A stretch of DNA of 64,000 nucleotides from Macrostomum lignano (taxonomy: Eukaryota). The notes beneath the pieces were generated by a model that did not search any database, was not told where the DNA came from, and saw only the letters and a program-made list of their open reading frames with translations. Each line of letters starts with the position of its first letter. Position 1 is the stretch's first letter. The translations under genes and the position numbers were made by a program. The stretch covers positions 1-64,000 of the forward strand of contig NIVC01000768.1 of the NCBI GenBank assembly GCA_002269645.1. The letters are read 5' to 3'. Shown one piece after another: positions 63,150 through 64,000 of this stretch.

Positions 63150-64000
63150 CCACTGAAGTATCAGGGAGAAGGGCAAGCAGTGGGTACTGAAGGATCAGGG
63201 AAAAGGACTAGCAGCGGATACTGAAGGATCAGGGGGAGGGCAGCAGTGGATACTGAAGGATCAGGGGAGGGGGGCAGCAGAGGATACTGAAGGATCAGGG
63301 GAGGGCAGCAGTGGATACTGAAGGATCAGGGAGAAGGGAGGACAGCAGCGGATACTGAAGGATCAGGGGAGGGGGGCAGCAGAGGATACTGAAGGATCAG
63401 GGGAGGGGGCAGCAGAGGATACTGAAGGATCAGGGGAGGGGAGGACAGCAGCGGATACTGAAGGATCAGGGGAGGGGGGCAGCAGAGGATACTGAAGGAT
63501 CAGGGGGAGGGCAGCAGTGGATACTGAAGGATCAGGGGAGGGGGGCAGCAGAGGATACTGAAGGATCAGGGGAGGGGAGGACAGCAGAGGATACTGAAGG
63601 ATCAGGGGAGGGCAGCAGAGGATACTGAAGGATCAGGGGAGGGGGCAGCAGAGGATACTGACAGGATCAGGGGAGGGGGACAGCAGAGGATACTGAAGGA
63701 TCAGGGGAGGGGAGGACAGCAGCGGGTACTGAAGGATCAGGGGAGGGGGGCAGCAGAGGATACTGAAGGATCAGGGGAGGGGGACAGCGGAGGATACTGA
63801 AGGATCAGGGGAGAGGGGCAGCAGAGGATACTGAAGGATCAGGGGAGGGGAGGACAGCAGCGGGTACTGAAGGATCAGGGGGAGGGCAGCAGCGGGTACT
63901 GAAGGATTGGGGGACGACAGCAGCGGATACTGAAGGATCAGGGGAGGGGGGCAGCAGAGGATACTGAAGGATCAGGGGGAGGGCAGCAGAGGATACTGAA
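63150..64000. repeat. G-rich minisatellite, about 33-bp unit, running off the window end
   Basis: Unit GATACTGAAGGATCAGGGGAGGGGGCAGCAGAG. Confidence 0.93.

Overview
This is eukaryotic (animal) genomic DNA, not a prokaryotic locus. It has GC-rich exons separated by GT-AG introns, and there are no rRNAs, bona fide tRNAs or CRISPR arrays. I reconstructed nine protein-coding genes by hand from splice sites and reading-frame phase: actin (+, three single-base homopolymer indels), UNC119 (-), FTSJ1/Trm7 (-), an intronless SRSF7/9G8-like SR protein (-), a SAFB/SLTM-like RRM protein (-, 5' end unresolved), PFKFB (+), IFT25/HSPB11 (+), NDUFB8 (+, first exon unresolved) and a VWA5A-like gene (-, runs off the right end). 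Most long introns are largely filled by a private minisatellite, and most long ORFs in the supplied track are artefacts of these arrays. Mobile DNA includes a three-level self-nested hAT family with perfect 8-bp TSDs, a mariner remnant, a foldback/MULE-like element, several MITEs, a tRNA-headed SINE with a CORE(MIR)-like domain, and a minimal type-I hammerhead-ribozyme motif of the kind carried by Penelope-like elements. The actin signatures (MAEEE..., ...[10 protein letters not shown], intron after Q41) and the minisatellite-packed introns suggest a free-living flatworm such as Macrostomum. That assignment is inference only and no database search was run.
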